64,000 nt of DNA, taken from the human T2T-CHM13v2.0 reference genome, Homo sapiens. The stretch lies in assembly GCF_009914755.1 (NCBI RefSeq), contig NC_060928.1. One strand, written 5' to 3'. This document shows, in pieces, positions 22,170 to 47,232 of this stretch (the first letter of the stretch is position 1; each line of letters opens with the position of its first letter). Under the pieces are notes generated by a model, which saw only the letters and a program-made list of their open reading frames with translations, ran no database searches and was not told the origin of the DNA. The position numbers and the translations under genes are program-made.

Positions 22170-23020
22170 AACAGCTATCACTTAGATAGCACATACACAC
22201 ATTCACTAAAGAATTCCAAGAGGTCACTGTTATTTATCATCTGCGTTTTACAGATGATGAAAGTGAGACACAGAGAGACGAGATAAGGTACCCAAGGTCA
22301 CGCAGCTGTCAAGTGCTTATCCCTGGGAAACACCCCATTACCTGTAGAATAAGACCTACATTCCTGAGCAAAGTACACCTACTCTGGGCTCTTTAGAGCC
22401 AGGCCCCAAGATGACTCTCTAGCCCGTTCTCCCAGAGCTCCCCTCAAACATTCTACCCTCTCGTCGCACTAAATTCCCTTTCCTCCACCACAGGCTGTGC
22501 CACGTCCTGCTTTGCTCCTGGGTCACTGTATATACTGTATTCTTGACTACAATTCTCTTCCCACAGTTTTCACAAACTGTTCAAGGGCCATCTTCAGGAA
22601 GGTATGCCCTAATTCCCCAGGCAGGGGGCTGCTCCCTCTTCTGTATCTCTTCTGTACTCCTATCCACACATGTAGTACAGTGGGAAGTACACTTGCTGTA
22701 TTATAATGTGCCTTGAACGTTTGTCTCTCCATTACACCATAAGCACTTTGAATATGGGACTCACAATTGTTAAAATTGACTGAATACTTACCATGTGCCA
22801 GATACCACGCTGGACACTTCGCAGCATTGTGTGTGAAGTGATTGTTGCACTGAAACCTCATCACTATCCTATCTGGCATGCACTAGAACCATTTTACAGA
22901 TGAGAAAACTTAGTCTTGAAGAGGTTAAGCAATTTGGCCAGGGTTAAATGACTAACAAATGGCAATGCTGGGATCTGAGACCATATCTTCCTGCTGCCAG
23001 GGTCCAAACTCTAAGCTACC
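22170..23020. mobile_element. MIR / L2 / MIR fragments
   Basis: tttacagatgatgaaagtgagacacagaga and ccattttacagatgagaaaact MIR cores with an L2-like middle. Confidence 0.65.
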
Positions 23021-23504
23021 AAAGCCATCAATCCCTCTTTATAGTAAATGTTCATTAACACATTAAGATTCTTTGGTTAGAGCTGAGGAAGAAAGAAATC
23101 AAGAGCCTAATGAGCTTTGCACACTTAGCCAAACTGCAGTTAGATTTTGCTTGGACTTGTTCCACAGAAAGACATTTGTAGGCCTTTTGCACTTTGTGTG
23201 ATTTCACCTTGGTTTCCCTTGAAAAGGGCGACCAGGATGGTAGGGAGGGTAAAGCGCCAATAACACAGCTTCAGATCTTGGCTTGGCTGGACCGGTGAGG
23301 AGGGTGTCCAAGAGGGAGTAAAGAGCTTATGAAGGAGAAGAACTGGGGCCATGGAGATCACTTCCCTTTACTGCTCCTTCATCCTTGAAACTCAAGAGTT
23401 CTGTGATGAGGTAATCTACCAACTACACTATCTTCCGCTAATAAGAGATTATTTTTATCTTGATAAAACAAACAACAAAAAGAATACCTTGTAAGCTAAA
23501 TGGC

Positions 23505-23740
23505 AATTAGCCAGGCGTGGTGGTGCATGCCTGTAGTCCTAAAGTCCTAGCTACTGGGGTGAGGTTGCTGAGGAGGGAGAATCACTTGAGCCTGGGAGGT
23601 TGAGGCTGCAATGAGTCATGATCACAACCACTGCACTCCAACCTGGGCGACAAAGAGAGACTCTGGCTCTTAAAATAAAACATGTATTTATGTATATGTA
23701 TATACATGCACACATACATATATATATTTATATATATAAA
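23505..23740 (+). mobile_element. Alu right monomer plus (TA)n tract
   Basis: Right arm only. Confidence 0.8.
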
Positions 23741-24835
23741 AGCTAGATTTGAGGCTTCCTCCTCTGTAAAATGGAGTGAATAAGGTATAACAAACGTACA
23801 GAGAGAATGTGAAGGTGAAGGGAGAGTGTGTATGTGAAAGGCCTTGCACAGGTCATTTAATAAATGTTATTAAACATGTTTTTGTGCAAAAAAGTATGTG
23901 TGCTAATTTAAATGTGATTTATTTAAATTTATTTTGAATCTCAAAGATATAATCATAGGATTGGGATTATTATTTCCAATTTATGGTACTTGAGGCAATG
24001 TATTAATTTGATTGTCCTAGAACTTATAAAAATTAAGCCTCAACATTCATTCATTCAATGATAATATTGAATAAATATTGATTAAGCACTTGCTTTGTAG
24101 CATTGTTCTTAGATATTGGGGATACATTAATGAACACACTACTGAACACAAATGAAAGTCATGTGGTGGGGTTGGCAGTGGGGTACCATCTCATACAGGG
24201 TGGTCAAGGAAGGTCTGATAAGGTAATTCTGTTTTTTTTTTTTTAGCTTGGTAATTCTTTTTTTTTTTTTTTTAAGACAGGGCCTCACTCTGTCATCCAG
24301 GCTAGAGTGCAGTAGTGCAATCACAGCTCACTGCAGGCTCAAACTGCTGGACCCAAGCGATCCTCCAACATCAGCCTCTAGAGTAGCTGGAACTATAGGC
24401 ACATGCCACTGTACCCGGGTAATTTTTAAATTTTTTGTAGAGATTGGGTCTCACTATGTTGCTCAGGCTAGTCTCAAACTCCAGCCTCAAGCCATCCTCC
24501 CACCTCAGCCTGAGCCACTGTTCCTAGCCAAGGTAACTCTTGAGGAAAGACATGAAGGATAAGGTAAACAAAAGCCTAGTTGGTAGAGGAAAGTTCTTTA
24601 CAGGAAATTTTAGCCACTAAATGTGGAAGAAATGATAGAATTAGAAAAATCACCATCTTACTAGCCGGAATTAAATAAGTGATTTAGATGATCCTAATCA
24701 ATGGACAAAACCATTAAGGGAAAGTTTGGGGGAGAAGTTTATAAGGAAGGGATCGTGTTGACACCACCTGAACCCACTGCTCCCTCTCAGCACCATGAAA
24801 ACTGGGACAACCCAATTGCATCACTAAGGGAAGTC

Positions 24836-25037
24836 AGGAGGATACCAGTTAAGTCTGAATTTCAGAAAAATCATGAATAATTATCTGAAAAAAATCGAAT
24901 ATTTTTTAGGGATGTATTCTTCTAGTATAAGTATGTCCCATGCAATATTTGGGACATACGTATACTAAGAAATTAGTTATTTATCTGAAACTCAAATTTA
25001 GTGTCCTATATTTTAATTTGCTAAATCCGGCCATCCA
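24836..25037. mobile_element. MER53 palindromic hAT-like MITE
   Basis: cagttaagtctgaatttcag...tagtataagtatgtccca/tgggacatacgtatacta...tttgctaaatccggc. Confidence 0.8.
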
Positions 25038-25850
25038 ACTGCATCACAGATGGAGTATGAAGCTTACAGCTCCACCTAGGAAGTGCTGCGCAAAACAAGC
25101 TGGACCCAAATAATCAAGCATTTAGAGCTAACTCCAGTTTACAGAAAATATGGAGAAGAGGAGACAGAACAAGTGAAAGAACTTCATGATGAGGCAAACA
25201 AATGAATCCAGGACACGGGACCTCCTCCAAGATAGGGAGAGGGGCTGAGGAACGCTCCAGATTAGAAAAAACTAGGGACATGGCCACCCAATGCTATGTC
25301 CTGATCCCAACAAGTCAACTGTAGAAGGACATTTTTGAGACAATCAGGTAGCTTCAAATTTGGACTGCGTACACAACTTGTTAAGTTTAAAAATGGCACT
25401 GTGGCTCTGGAAAAAAAAAAAAAAAGCCCATGGTTTTTAGAGTCATGAGAGGGCAAAACAATAGATTGGGAATTTCTTTAATCCCAGTCCTCTCCCCCTT
25501 CCCCAGGAAAGGGACAGAAGGAAGTAAGGAAAAACCTTTGATAATGTTGGCCTGGGTGGATGTATATACTACTCTGTACCTTTGTGTTTTCATAGTTTAC
25601 TTTTTGTTTGTTCAGAGAAAAACATAAAGGAATGAGGCAGTAAACCATGCAGCTATTTGGGAGAATGCTGCAGGGAGGGATGGTGGCACCAGGCCCTTGG
25701 GTAGAGGCGCACACCACATGGTCAGGAACGGCAAGGAGGTGGGAATGCACTGAGAGGCCGGGAGAGAGGAGGAGGTGAGGTTGAAGACAGCGGAGGGGCC
25801 AGAGTAAGCAGACCTCGAGGGCGAGGGCCTTCATAGGTCCTGTGGCTTTT

Positions 25851-25886
25851 CTACACTTGATCTTAGCCAGAAGACCAAGAAGCAGT
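25851..25886 (-). pseudogene. 3'-truncated U2 snRNA retro-fragment (nt 1-36)
   Basis: Reverse complement matches ATCGCTTCTCGGCCTTTTGGCTAAGATCAAGTGTAG at 31/36 positions; flanked by tgtggctttt and tgtggggtttt. Confidence 0.85.
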
Positions 25887-27295
25887 GATGTGGGGTTTTC
25901 CTCAGAGTGAAGCACGAGCTGTTTGAGGGTTTGGGACAGGGAAGTGATGTGATCTGATTTATGCTTTAACAGGCCAGCTCTGGGTGCTGCACAGAAAACA
26001 GACTGAAGGGGCAGGTGGAAGCAGGAGTCCAATGTGGAAGTTCTTGTGATCCAGTAGGAGGTAACAACTTGTGCCGAGTAACAGCAACGCAGTGGATAAG
26101 CAGAGGGCAGATTCTATCTACACTTGAAGGCAGAGCCAATAGGACTTGCTGAGAGCTTGATATGGTTTGTGGAAAGTAGAGAGAAGTCAGAGATAACCCC
26201 AGGACTTTTTGCCTAAGCTCATGGAGGGCTGACACTGACTAAGACAGCCAGGCCACAGGAGGCAGGGTCCAGGGAAGACAGGAGTTCAGTTTGGACATGT
26301 TTGCCTAAAATGACCACTAGACATCCAAGTGGACAATGTCAACTAAATTCAGAAACATCATCCAGATATTAGGGCTCTGTCCTCACAAGGGCTCTCCATA
26401 CACTAGACCTGACCAGTTGTTCTTTAAAGAGAAAATTACATAAAAAGAAAATGAAGGGTTCTGTTGGGAGCTGAATGCTATGTTTGTCACACATTCCCCT
26501 TCTCCCCAAAAGTTACCTAAAATCACCCAGAGCCCAGTGAGCCTGTATGAAGCATGGACAGGCTAGTAACGGGGCCCAACTTCCTCCGGAGCTGCCTTGA
26601 TTGCCTCTTCCAGGGTGGCTAATTGGCCTTAAATCAGAGGGCTGGGAAGGCAGTGGATACCTCCATTTGAGGCAGAAGCCCAAGTCATGTGGATAACCTA
26701 AGCAAAGAAACAGTGAGGAAGAGTACAAGATCCATCCCAGAAAGGGCTTTTCAGAATCCAGAAGGGACGGCAGGAGCAACCCCGCCTGCTCTAAAATTCT
26801 GTGATTCTAAGAGGGCCGGTCCAAAGAGGTGAGACAGGTCTTGCCTCTTTCCACAGACATGGAGCTTTGAAACTAGTCCCATCCTTGGTGGTATTAAGGA
26901 CAATTTATTGTTTGCAGGCAGTGATAACTTTGTTTTCTAATGCTGTGAATGAATGAACAAGTATGATAAGGAAAATCATCTGGGACTCTGCCAGTGACAG
27001 GGGATTTTCAGGGTCTGGGGGTGATGCTTTTCTCCCTAGCTTCTCACTGTGAAGTTGCTTCAAGTCCTGGAGCCGGCTGCTCCCACAGAAGAACGGAACT
27101 CCATTCCAGATACTCTCTGGGAGAGAGAGGGCCAGTATTTGCAGAGATTTCTATCACTTGGATCCATTTTATTTTCATGTGCCCATACAAAACTTCTAAA
27201 AGTTTAAACTATTAAAACTGGACCTTGAGCAAGTTTCCATTAGTATAAAGCAGGCATGTAAGTAGGGTGTGAGCCCATGTGTGAAGATTTCTTAC

Positions 27296-27489
27296 CGGGC
27301 AAATTGTTGATGTGCCTCCTGTTCTTGGTCCCAGATAGCAGAGTGCTCTATTTGAATGTAGATGCATGGATCATCTGACACAAAGCCCTCCAGAACAGGA
27401 CCACAGGCCGGGGCATCTGGACAGCCATGGCCACCCTCTGCTTGGCGTTTTACTAACACCACAATTCCTCTAACAGAAGAAACGGGGGT
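27296..27489 (-). CDS. POLN: POLN coding exon 4 (194 nt)
   Basis: ccacag|ACCCCC...CG|gtaag; TPVSSVRGIVVLVKRQ...QEAHQQFAR. Confidence 0.97.
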
Positions 27490-27639
27490 CTGTGGAAACA
27501 CAACAAAATAAATTAAACCCAGACAACATATCTGTTGTAGAAAGACATACATTTTAAAATTAAGCAGAGAGAAAGAGAAAAGGCCTAAAATTAAACTTGT
27601 AAATGAATAGTTTTTTAATGACAATTGAGGGCCAAAAGC

Positions 27640-29060
<1,421 letters not shown>

Positions 29061-29069
29061 AGAGAGAAT

Positions 29070-36096
<7,027 letters not shown>

Positions 36097-36157
36097 GGAA
36101 AGTAGAGGAAAGGAAAGGAAAGGAAAGGAAAAGGAAAAGGAAAATGAAAAGGAAAGG
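36097..36157. repeat. (GGAAA)n/(GGAAAA)n purine tract
   Basis: Read directly from sequence. Confidence 0.9.
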
Positions 36158-36759
36158 TTTTTAAAAAAATCAATAGAGATCAAATTTAAAAATTTTGTGC
36201 TTCAAAAGACACCCTCAATAATTTTTTTTAAAAATATGACAGAAATTGGGAGACGTATAAATAATATATCTTATAAGAGACTTGTATCAGAATATATAAA
36301 GATCCAGAATAAAACACAAATAACCCAATTTTAAAATGGGCAAAAAATTTGAACAGACATTTCATCAAAGAAGATATATGAATGGCCAATAAGCACATGA
36401 AAAGATGCTCAATGTCACTAGATAATAGGGAAATACAATTTAAAACCACTATGAAATACCACTTCGGAATCACTGGAATGGCTAAAAAAACAGACAACAA
36501 CATGTGTTGACAAGGAGGTGGAGAATTTGAAACCCTAGTACACTGCTGGTGGAAGGTAAAATGGTACACCCACTCTGGAAAACAGTTTTACAGTTTCCTA
36601 AGAAACTGATGGGAGCATACATTGTCAATCACTTACCACTGGAGGGGAAGGAAAGCCTTAAAATCTTGTTTCTAGCTCTCCTATCAAAATCTGACACTAA
36701 GAAAATGGGCTTCTTTTATGGTGTCAAGACAGCAAATAAAAACATCACTGTTTACTAAC

Positions 36760-37260
36760 CTGGTCAGCTCCTAGCTGGGTGGAACCATCAGTATACATCA
36801 CAGTTATCACCAGGGCTGCTGCCTGTTTGAGCATTTCAATCAGCTGGCTTTTTGCCCAATCATCCAAATGCCTAATATCACAAAAATGTTTTTTCAATGC
36901 TCCTGAGTTCCCAGAATTTAGGTAGCCTTCGGCGTCATCAGTATCTTCTTCCAATGCCATTTGTTTACTTGTTTTCTCTGACAAATTATTATATGTAATA
37001 TGTTTTCTTTTAAGATTAATGCTTCCTTTATTTTCATTATTTATATTCTCCATTAGGAAATGCTTTCTTTTATGCCCCTTTTTCTGTAGAACTGAAGCCT
37101 CTTGATTATAATGTGGAATTAAACAACTTGAAAGAGTCAATGAGCTGATGCTCTTCTGTTTTTGGTCAGCAGACAGCTGATCTGTGAGCCTGACACTGAA
37201 GGACTGAGGAGACAGCTTGGCAGAACCTCTTGATGTCTGACTTCTTAAAGATTTAAGATC
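36760..37260 (-). CDS. POLN: POLN coding exon 3 (501 nt, aa 72-238)
   Basis: ctgtag|GATCTT...CAG|gttagt; DLKSLRSQ...KKGHKRKH...MYTDGSTQLGADQ; overlaps ORF 36745..37140. Confidence 0.97.
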
Positions 37261-37480
37261 CTACAGAAAAATGGAAAATATTTCATTAGAATATGGACTC
37301 ATAAGACAGATCTATAAACTAAACTAATTTCTGGTAAAAACTTGTCTAAGGTAATATGGAGACACAATCTTCATATTACCTATGATCAAACCTTCTAAGG
37401 AAACCCTATAGTGTCTTCTAGAGCAGTGATTTTTCTCAACCAAGGTAGGCATGCATATCTGGATCAAGAGCTCAAAAACC

Positions 37481-38873
<1,393 letters not shown>

Positions 38874-39068
38874 TGAAAATTTTAAATTTATACTTGTATT
38901 TTTATTGCAGAGAAATATATGGTTTCCAAGAGTAGGCTTTCAAGCATAAAATTACATTAAAAATTCCATGGAGGAGTAAACAAGAAAAGGAATTCAAGGA
39001 GAAAAAGAAAAATATAAAATTTCAAACTGTTGAAGATCTTGCTCTGTCTTTTTTAAGGGGATGATTGT

Positions 39069-40074
<1,006 letters not shown>

Positions 40075-40267
40075 GAGGATTGTGGATATCAAGTTGTCAA
40101 AGTGCATATTTAATTTTCGTGAATATATTTTAAATGGTAATGTAACAGTAAAAATGTCAATATTAACAATAGAGCAGAAATCATGTACTTTGCAATTTTT
40201 TAAACTTGTGATAAGGATTTTAAATTTCAACTTTAAAATATGTCAGGCAGTACAGATAGTTTGAGAA

Positions 40268-41440
40268 GTCCAGGTATGGGGGCTCATATCTGTAATCCCA
40301 GCACTTTGGGAGGCCGAGGTGGGAGGATCGCTTGAGCCCAGGAGTTTGAGACCAGCCCGGGCAACATGGTGAAACCCTGTCTCCACCAAAAATACAAAAA
40401 TTAGCTGGGCAATGATGGTGTGTGCCTGTAGTCTCAGCTACTTGGGAGGCTGAGTTGGGAGGATCACTTGAGTCCAGGACTCAATTAATTAGCTGGGCAT
40501 GGTTGCAGAGGTGGAGGTAGAGATTGCAGTGAGCTGTGATCACACCACTGCACTCCACCCTGGGTGACAGAGTGAAGGCCTGTCTCAAACAAACAAACAA
40601 ACAAAAACAACAAAATTCTTTTGAGAGAAAGGGAGCAAAAAGTTTGCAGACCCCTGCCTTCGGGATCCAAGGAGCACAGTCTGTTCACCACTGAGAGATA
40701 CAATTTCCATTCATTTACAGAGGGAAGAAGAGAAGAGTCCCTTCTCTGTGGAAGATGCCTCTTCCCTCCACTCCAAGGGCAGATAATCATCCTATGAACC
40801 CAGGGGCAAATAATCATCCCATCAACCCAAGAGACAGGTCCTATTATCTCACTTTACTATAGGGCATTTAGGTTTAAATTTAATTAGGTTGGGAGTTGAA
40901 CACAGGTAGTTTACTCCAAAGTCCATTCTCTTAACCACTATGTTGCCTGCACCACTTTCATACACAAGGTCTTTGGTGATACGACCTCTCTGGCCCACAC
41001 CACATAACTCACCCATTGTGAATGTTATAGCCCTGCCTTTCTGAAATTCTATTATTTCCACTACCCAAAGTTCCAAGCTTTCTTCCCTTATCTGAAAAAT
41101 TTCTCAATGTTTTGCCTCTACTCCCTTAAAGGTGGGGATCTTTTTATTTTTTATTTCTATTTTTTAGACACTGAGTCTTGCTCTGTTGCCCAGGCTGGAG
41201 TGTTGTGGTGCAATCACAGCTCACTGCAGCCTCAAAATCCTTGGCTCAAGTGATCCTCCAGCCTCAGCCTCCTGAGTAGCTGGGACTACAGGAGCATGCC
41301 ACCATGCCCAGTTAATTTTTTTTTTTTTGTATTATTTTTTGTAGAGACAGGGTCTCCTTATGTTGCCCAAGCTGGTCTCAAATTCCTGGCCTCAAGTGGT
41401 CCACCCTGCTCAGCTTCCCAACGTGCTGGGATTACCTGTG
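40268..41440. mobile_element. AluJ 40268-40612(+, rearranged), MIR about 40840-40945, AluJ 41141-41440(-)
   Basis: Alu bodies; MIR tail ctcttaaccactatg. Confidence 0.85.
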
Positions 41441-41820
41441 TGAGCCACTGCATCCAGCCTAGGTCGATCACCTCCTAATTATCCAATAGATCTCAACTCA
41501 GATATAATTTTCATACTTCAGAAAGACATCCCTGACTCTTCTCCTCAACACCCAGGAGGGCAAAATGAAATAGCACAAAAACTGAGTTAGATGTTCCTCC
41601 TATTGTCCCCAGAGCACTCTGAACTAACTTCTCTCATGGCACCTACTTGCCCCTCCCTGCATCCAAATTAAACTATAAGTTCTTGGAGAGCAAGAACGCC
41701 TCTTTTTTTTTTTTTAAGGTGTGGTATCTACAGTGCCTAGCACACAGTAGAACACTTAATAAGCATCTATTGAACAAATAAGTTATCTATTTAAAATTAC
41801 TCATATGTGCAATGATTTAC

Positions 41821-41900
41821 CTTTTTTTCTGGTGATTGAGTCTTCCTGTCTTCAAGTTGTACTGAATACTTAACACTGGACTTGTTTATCACTTCCATAG
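41821..41900 (-). CDS. POLN: POLN coding exon 2 (80 nt, aa 45-71)
   Basis: aaaag|CTATGG...AAG|gtaaat; TMEVINKSSVKYSVQLEDRKTQSPEKK. Confidence 0.95.
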
Positions 41901-42727
41901 CTTTTAAAAACAACAAAAAAGAAACATGGGGCATTAAAGAAACATTGATATCTAAGTCACACAGTTAACTAAACACTGAAATAACCTCTATAATCATGCT
42001 TATTTATTCATTATTAACTTACTTAAAACAATGTAATAAAATTCACAAGTAAAATGCTTAGTACCATTGCAATAAATATTTATGTAAAGTACCTTCAAGT
42101 TAACTGAAGATAACTCTATATAATCATAAAACATTTATTAAAAATCATTATTTGACATTTGCATTTGAATACATGACTCTAAAAACCCAAGGTCAACTTT
42201 TATAGAAACCTTAAAAGGATTAAAGGTTTGGGGAAATTCTTAGACTGAATACTGCAGTGGAACAATTGAAGGTTCAGTAAAACATCATTAAAACAAACTT
42301 CTAATTTAGATTTTGATTTAATTTCAATAAGCCTGGGCTGAACAGTAAGTGACAGAACCAGGATCCAATCCCAGGCAATAGGATTTGGGAGTCTGTGCTC
42401 TTAACCACTGTGACATACATTTCCTCTGCAGGAACAATAACAACCTGAAATGCAAATAGGGGAAAATATTTCACTTACAATATAAAAACATTATACTTAG
42501 GATAAATATAACAAAAAAGATACAAGGCCCTCAATGATGAAAATGTAAAATCTTATTAAATGGCATAAAAAAAGATCTGTACAAATGAAAAGACACAGCA
42601 TTAGGATATAGATCACAAAATGTTTAATTCTTCTAAATTTAAGGCAATTCCAATTGGAGACCCTACAGGGATATTTTAATTTAATAAAATAATTTCAAAG
42701 TACGAAAAGACAAGAAATGTAAGCTTA

Positions 42728-43054
<327 letters not shown>

Positions 43055-43631
43055 CTAGAAGAGAACAGACAACCCAGAGACTGATCCCAAGACTTTATAT
43101 ACAACAAAGATAGTATTTCAATTCAATAGAAAAGGATAGATTAATTAATAGGGCTGGTATAACTAGCACCACATCAAAAAGAAAATAAATGCATTGGGAA
43201 AACTATTTGGAACAAAAATGACAAAGGGTTAACTGCTATATTATACAACAAGTTCTCATACATTTACAAGATAAGACAAACAATTCAACAGAAAAATGAG
43301 CAAAGAATAGGAAGAGGCAATACACAAAACAGAAAACCCAAAGAGGAAACAAATACAATACTCAGGGAAACGCAAATTAACTATAACTGGAAACACAGGG
43401 GAAGAGGTAGTCTCATGTATTGCTGGTAAAAATGTAAATAGACTCTTTCTAGAAGGCAAACTGTCAAGACTTATTAAAATTAATAATGCATACATCACTT
43501 TGGGAGTTGGGTGGAGAAAGTGACCCACAGGGAGCTCAAGATGGGCCTCTGGGAATGCTAGTTATGTTTCCTGAACTGGGTTTGGGTTTGTGAAATTTTG
43601 ACCTAAACTAAACTTAGGATATGTGTGCTGT

Positions 43632-43725
43632 TTTATATATATACACACACACATATACACATACATATACATATATATGTATATACATATACATATATAT
43701 GTATATACCTCAGCCATATATATAT
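43632..43725. repeat. Compound (TA)/(CA)/(TATATG) microsatellite
   Basis: Read directly from sequence. Confidence 0.9.
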
Positions 43726-46700
43726 GAGAGACAGAGTGCTCTTGCCTTAACAAAAACAGATAGGAAATAATATCCATCATCTAACCAAATAATCTCTAAC
43801 CAAATAATCTCACTCTTGGCTGTTTCACAGAAATATATGCAACAGTAAACAGGTTTAAACCAAAATGTTTATAGCAGTATTGCTCATTATGGCAAAGGAC
43901 TGAAAATAAAGTAGATACCAATCAGAAGAAAACTGAGGAATAAATTACATAATATCCACATCATGAAATACATAGCCACTAAAAAGAATGACCTTGTTAA
44001 AACATAGATTGCAGGGGGGAAAATGACTCCAGCTATAGTGGTTGACTGAAGATGATGACCTCATTTTTAAAAATAATGACCAAATCTCCCCGCTTATGCA
44101 CACGAAGATGTTACGCACATAACACTCGGGTACCCTGGGAGACCACCTCTGTGATGAAGGTTTGCATTTGAAAAGGTGATTGGAGAGTGAAGGAAGCAGA
44201 ATCCAACCAAGGAAGACAATGGCTAAGATGCAGTCACTCAAAGGCCTGCCCTGAGCTGAGCATGGTCCTACAGATGTGTCTCCCAATGGGTCAAGACAGC
44301 TGGGCTTTTATACCCCTGCACAAACTAGTCACTGGACCAGTCACTCCTGGGGAAGGGGTGGGCCCTTGGGCAAAGAAGTTCTTTGCAGCCAGGCAATCAG
44401 GGAGGGGCTGTCCCAGGAGCAGGGACAGTGCTTCAGTACTAAAGGGGCATATGGGAACCACAGTGCTTGCTACACTCCACACTGCACTGCTCATAGCCAC
44501 TTGCTTCAGGGACGTTCTGGGAGCAGCTCCTGTAGGATTCTGGCGGGCCTTTTCCTTGGGAAATTTATAAAAGGAAGGCACTGGGATGAACTACATCTTG
44601 CTGCAGCTGGCCTCAAGGTTGCAAATTACATTCATCTCCCTCCTCTACTGCCCATGCTAACTCCTCACCCTTGCCTATCTCCTCTGCTGCTCTAGGTGGC
44701 TTAGCTTACCTGATCAGGTAACCCAAACCCTCATCCCTGAGAGGTAAGCCCCTGGCCACCATGCCCTTCTCTGGCCATAGCCCCAGCATTTGCCATCAAA
44801 TTTGGGCAGGGGACCATGAGGTGGCCAATCACATCACCTGGGTGCTTCCCTGCCCCCAGTTATGTAGTAACAGCTCTACCTCCACCTGACGCCCACGGTC
44901 AGCCACCCCAGAAGATGGAAATTACATTCCTTGCCAGCCAGTCTCTTGGCACAAGGAGCTCAAAATGACCAGACAGCAGCCACAGCTGGAAATTAAATGG
45001 CGTTCTTCCTGTGCCCCTGCTGGAAAGGTTTTCCCTTTGAGAGTCAAGACCTTTAAACCTTAAGAACCCAGAGGAGTGTGAGGGAGAAATACAGATTTCT
45101 AAGTGGGTCACTGGGAGTGATGACTTTCACCTTTTGGTTCCCAGACCCATTTATTACACAAACCAAGGACACTGCACCACGTACTGGTTAGTGATTTGCA
45201 GTGCAGACTGCACCCTGGAGGTGACTGCTTCATCACAGGTGTCACCTCCAGGCTGCACACGAGGTGAGCTGTGCCTTCCACAGACCATCCTGCTGCTCCA
45301 TCAGGCTGGCAGCTTCTTGGTGTGTGGCTGTGAGGGAGACAGTGAGTCCTACTCTCATGTGCCCACTGCTGCAGTTCCTTGGCTGAGCGCAGGATCCTGT
45401 GGATCAAACACTCTGTGAAACTTGGGTGATGGAGCTGACTGAATCCATGAGAATGGGAAAGGCAAACCCATGCCTGTAACGTGTGTTGGTTCTGGCCAAG
45501 ATGAATCACTGTACCTTCTAGGGCACAAGGGGTTCAGTGTTGTCAAATGACTGTTTCCCTCCAAGGAAGGTACAACTGGGGACTCAGTGTTTGGTCTCTG
45601 TTGCTGGAAGATTGGATGTTCTGCAGAGAAATAGCTAGGTCAGCTCTGGTGAGGGGGAGCCCCATGCTATGGGCCATGCACAGCATCTACCCACCCCATG
45701 ATTACTCCATGAGAGAGCCCAGTGTGCCAGCATGGGCGCAGCAGATGGCAGAGGCTAGATGTCAACTGGCCAAGTCATCCTATTAATGTGGTGGTTTGGT
45801 GTGTCCCCATGGTGAATGTTCTTGGGTGGGAAGTACTTCGTGACTGTTCCCACAGATCCCTCCACATGCCTTACTCCAGGAACTCCCTGATCTTCCAATC
45901 TTTCTCATTCCAGGTACCTGAGCAACCTGTCAAGCCACTAACCGCTGCCCAAGAGTTCCAAATGTGTTAACACTGGGGCCACTTCTCCTTCCACACAAAG
46001 TAGATAGTCAAGGGGCACCACCCAACGTTCTACCCATTGGGTTTCCCTTGAGCACTGTCTTCCAGGGCTGCCTAAATCAGGCTGTTCAGAGCCCACCCAC
46101 CATGAACCAAGCTCTAACTTTTCCTGCCTCCATCAGCTGGTCTTAAGGCTGCCCCCGTCAGAAGTACCAGTGCCAGCACCAATGATGTCATGGGTTCTGG
46201 GCCACATGAAAAGCTTGGTTGTGCCTGCTTGTACCTAGTACTAAATGAGCCACTTCCAACTTGCAATGGACAGCTGCATGCCCACCTCTCAGTGGGTCTG
46301 ACAGAACCAGCTCATGCTGGCAGTTCTGGCTCATGGTCACTTGATGTCACCATGGCCTCACGCTCCATCTCTACCAGGGCCCAGTAGCATGACAGTTTTG
46401 TTTTTGAAAAATTTATAATTTGTTTCTGCAGATAGCATTGCCTTGCTCCAGAGTTCTAGGAGTCTGCATTGAGATTCTTCTGTTGGGGCTTTGCCTTAAG
46501 CTTCACATGGCATCTTTCCCCACTACAGATACCTCTAACATCACAAGGTCTGTTGGGTTGGAAGTCCAAGTAGCTGAGCCACTTGCTTCACAGCCTAGGC
46601 CTCTTACAGGATGCTTTCCTATGCAGTATTCCCAATGTGGAATATGCTGCCTCCACTCCCTAAACCCAGAGATGCCTATCAGGTGTTATGGTTCACTCTT

Positions 46701-46790
46701 AATGGTTATGTGGTTAACCACGTTGCAGGATGACTCGACCAGTTAACATCTTCATTCTTAATGCTTCATTCTTAAAAATGCAGTAATTTA

Positions 46791-47232
<442 letters not shown>

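Larger units (their letters stand above)
24044..26340 (-). mobile_element. Fragmented L2 (24044-24230, 25620-26340) interrupted by AluJ 24257-24530(-), MER53 and old L1-like pieces
   Basis: cattcattcattcaa L2 tail; gatctgatttatgctttaa...gagttcagtttggacatg. Confidence 0.7.

Noticed and set aside
25478-26032. Longest ORF in the track (184 aa)
   Set aside because: Lies across an L2 remnant and the U2 fragment; no recognisable domain or splice context.
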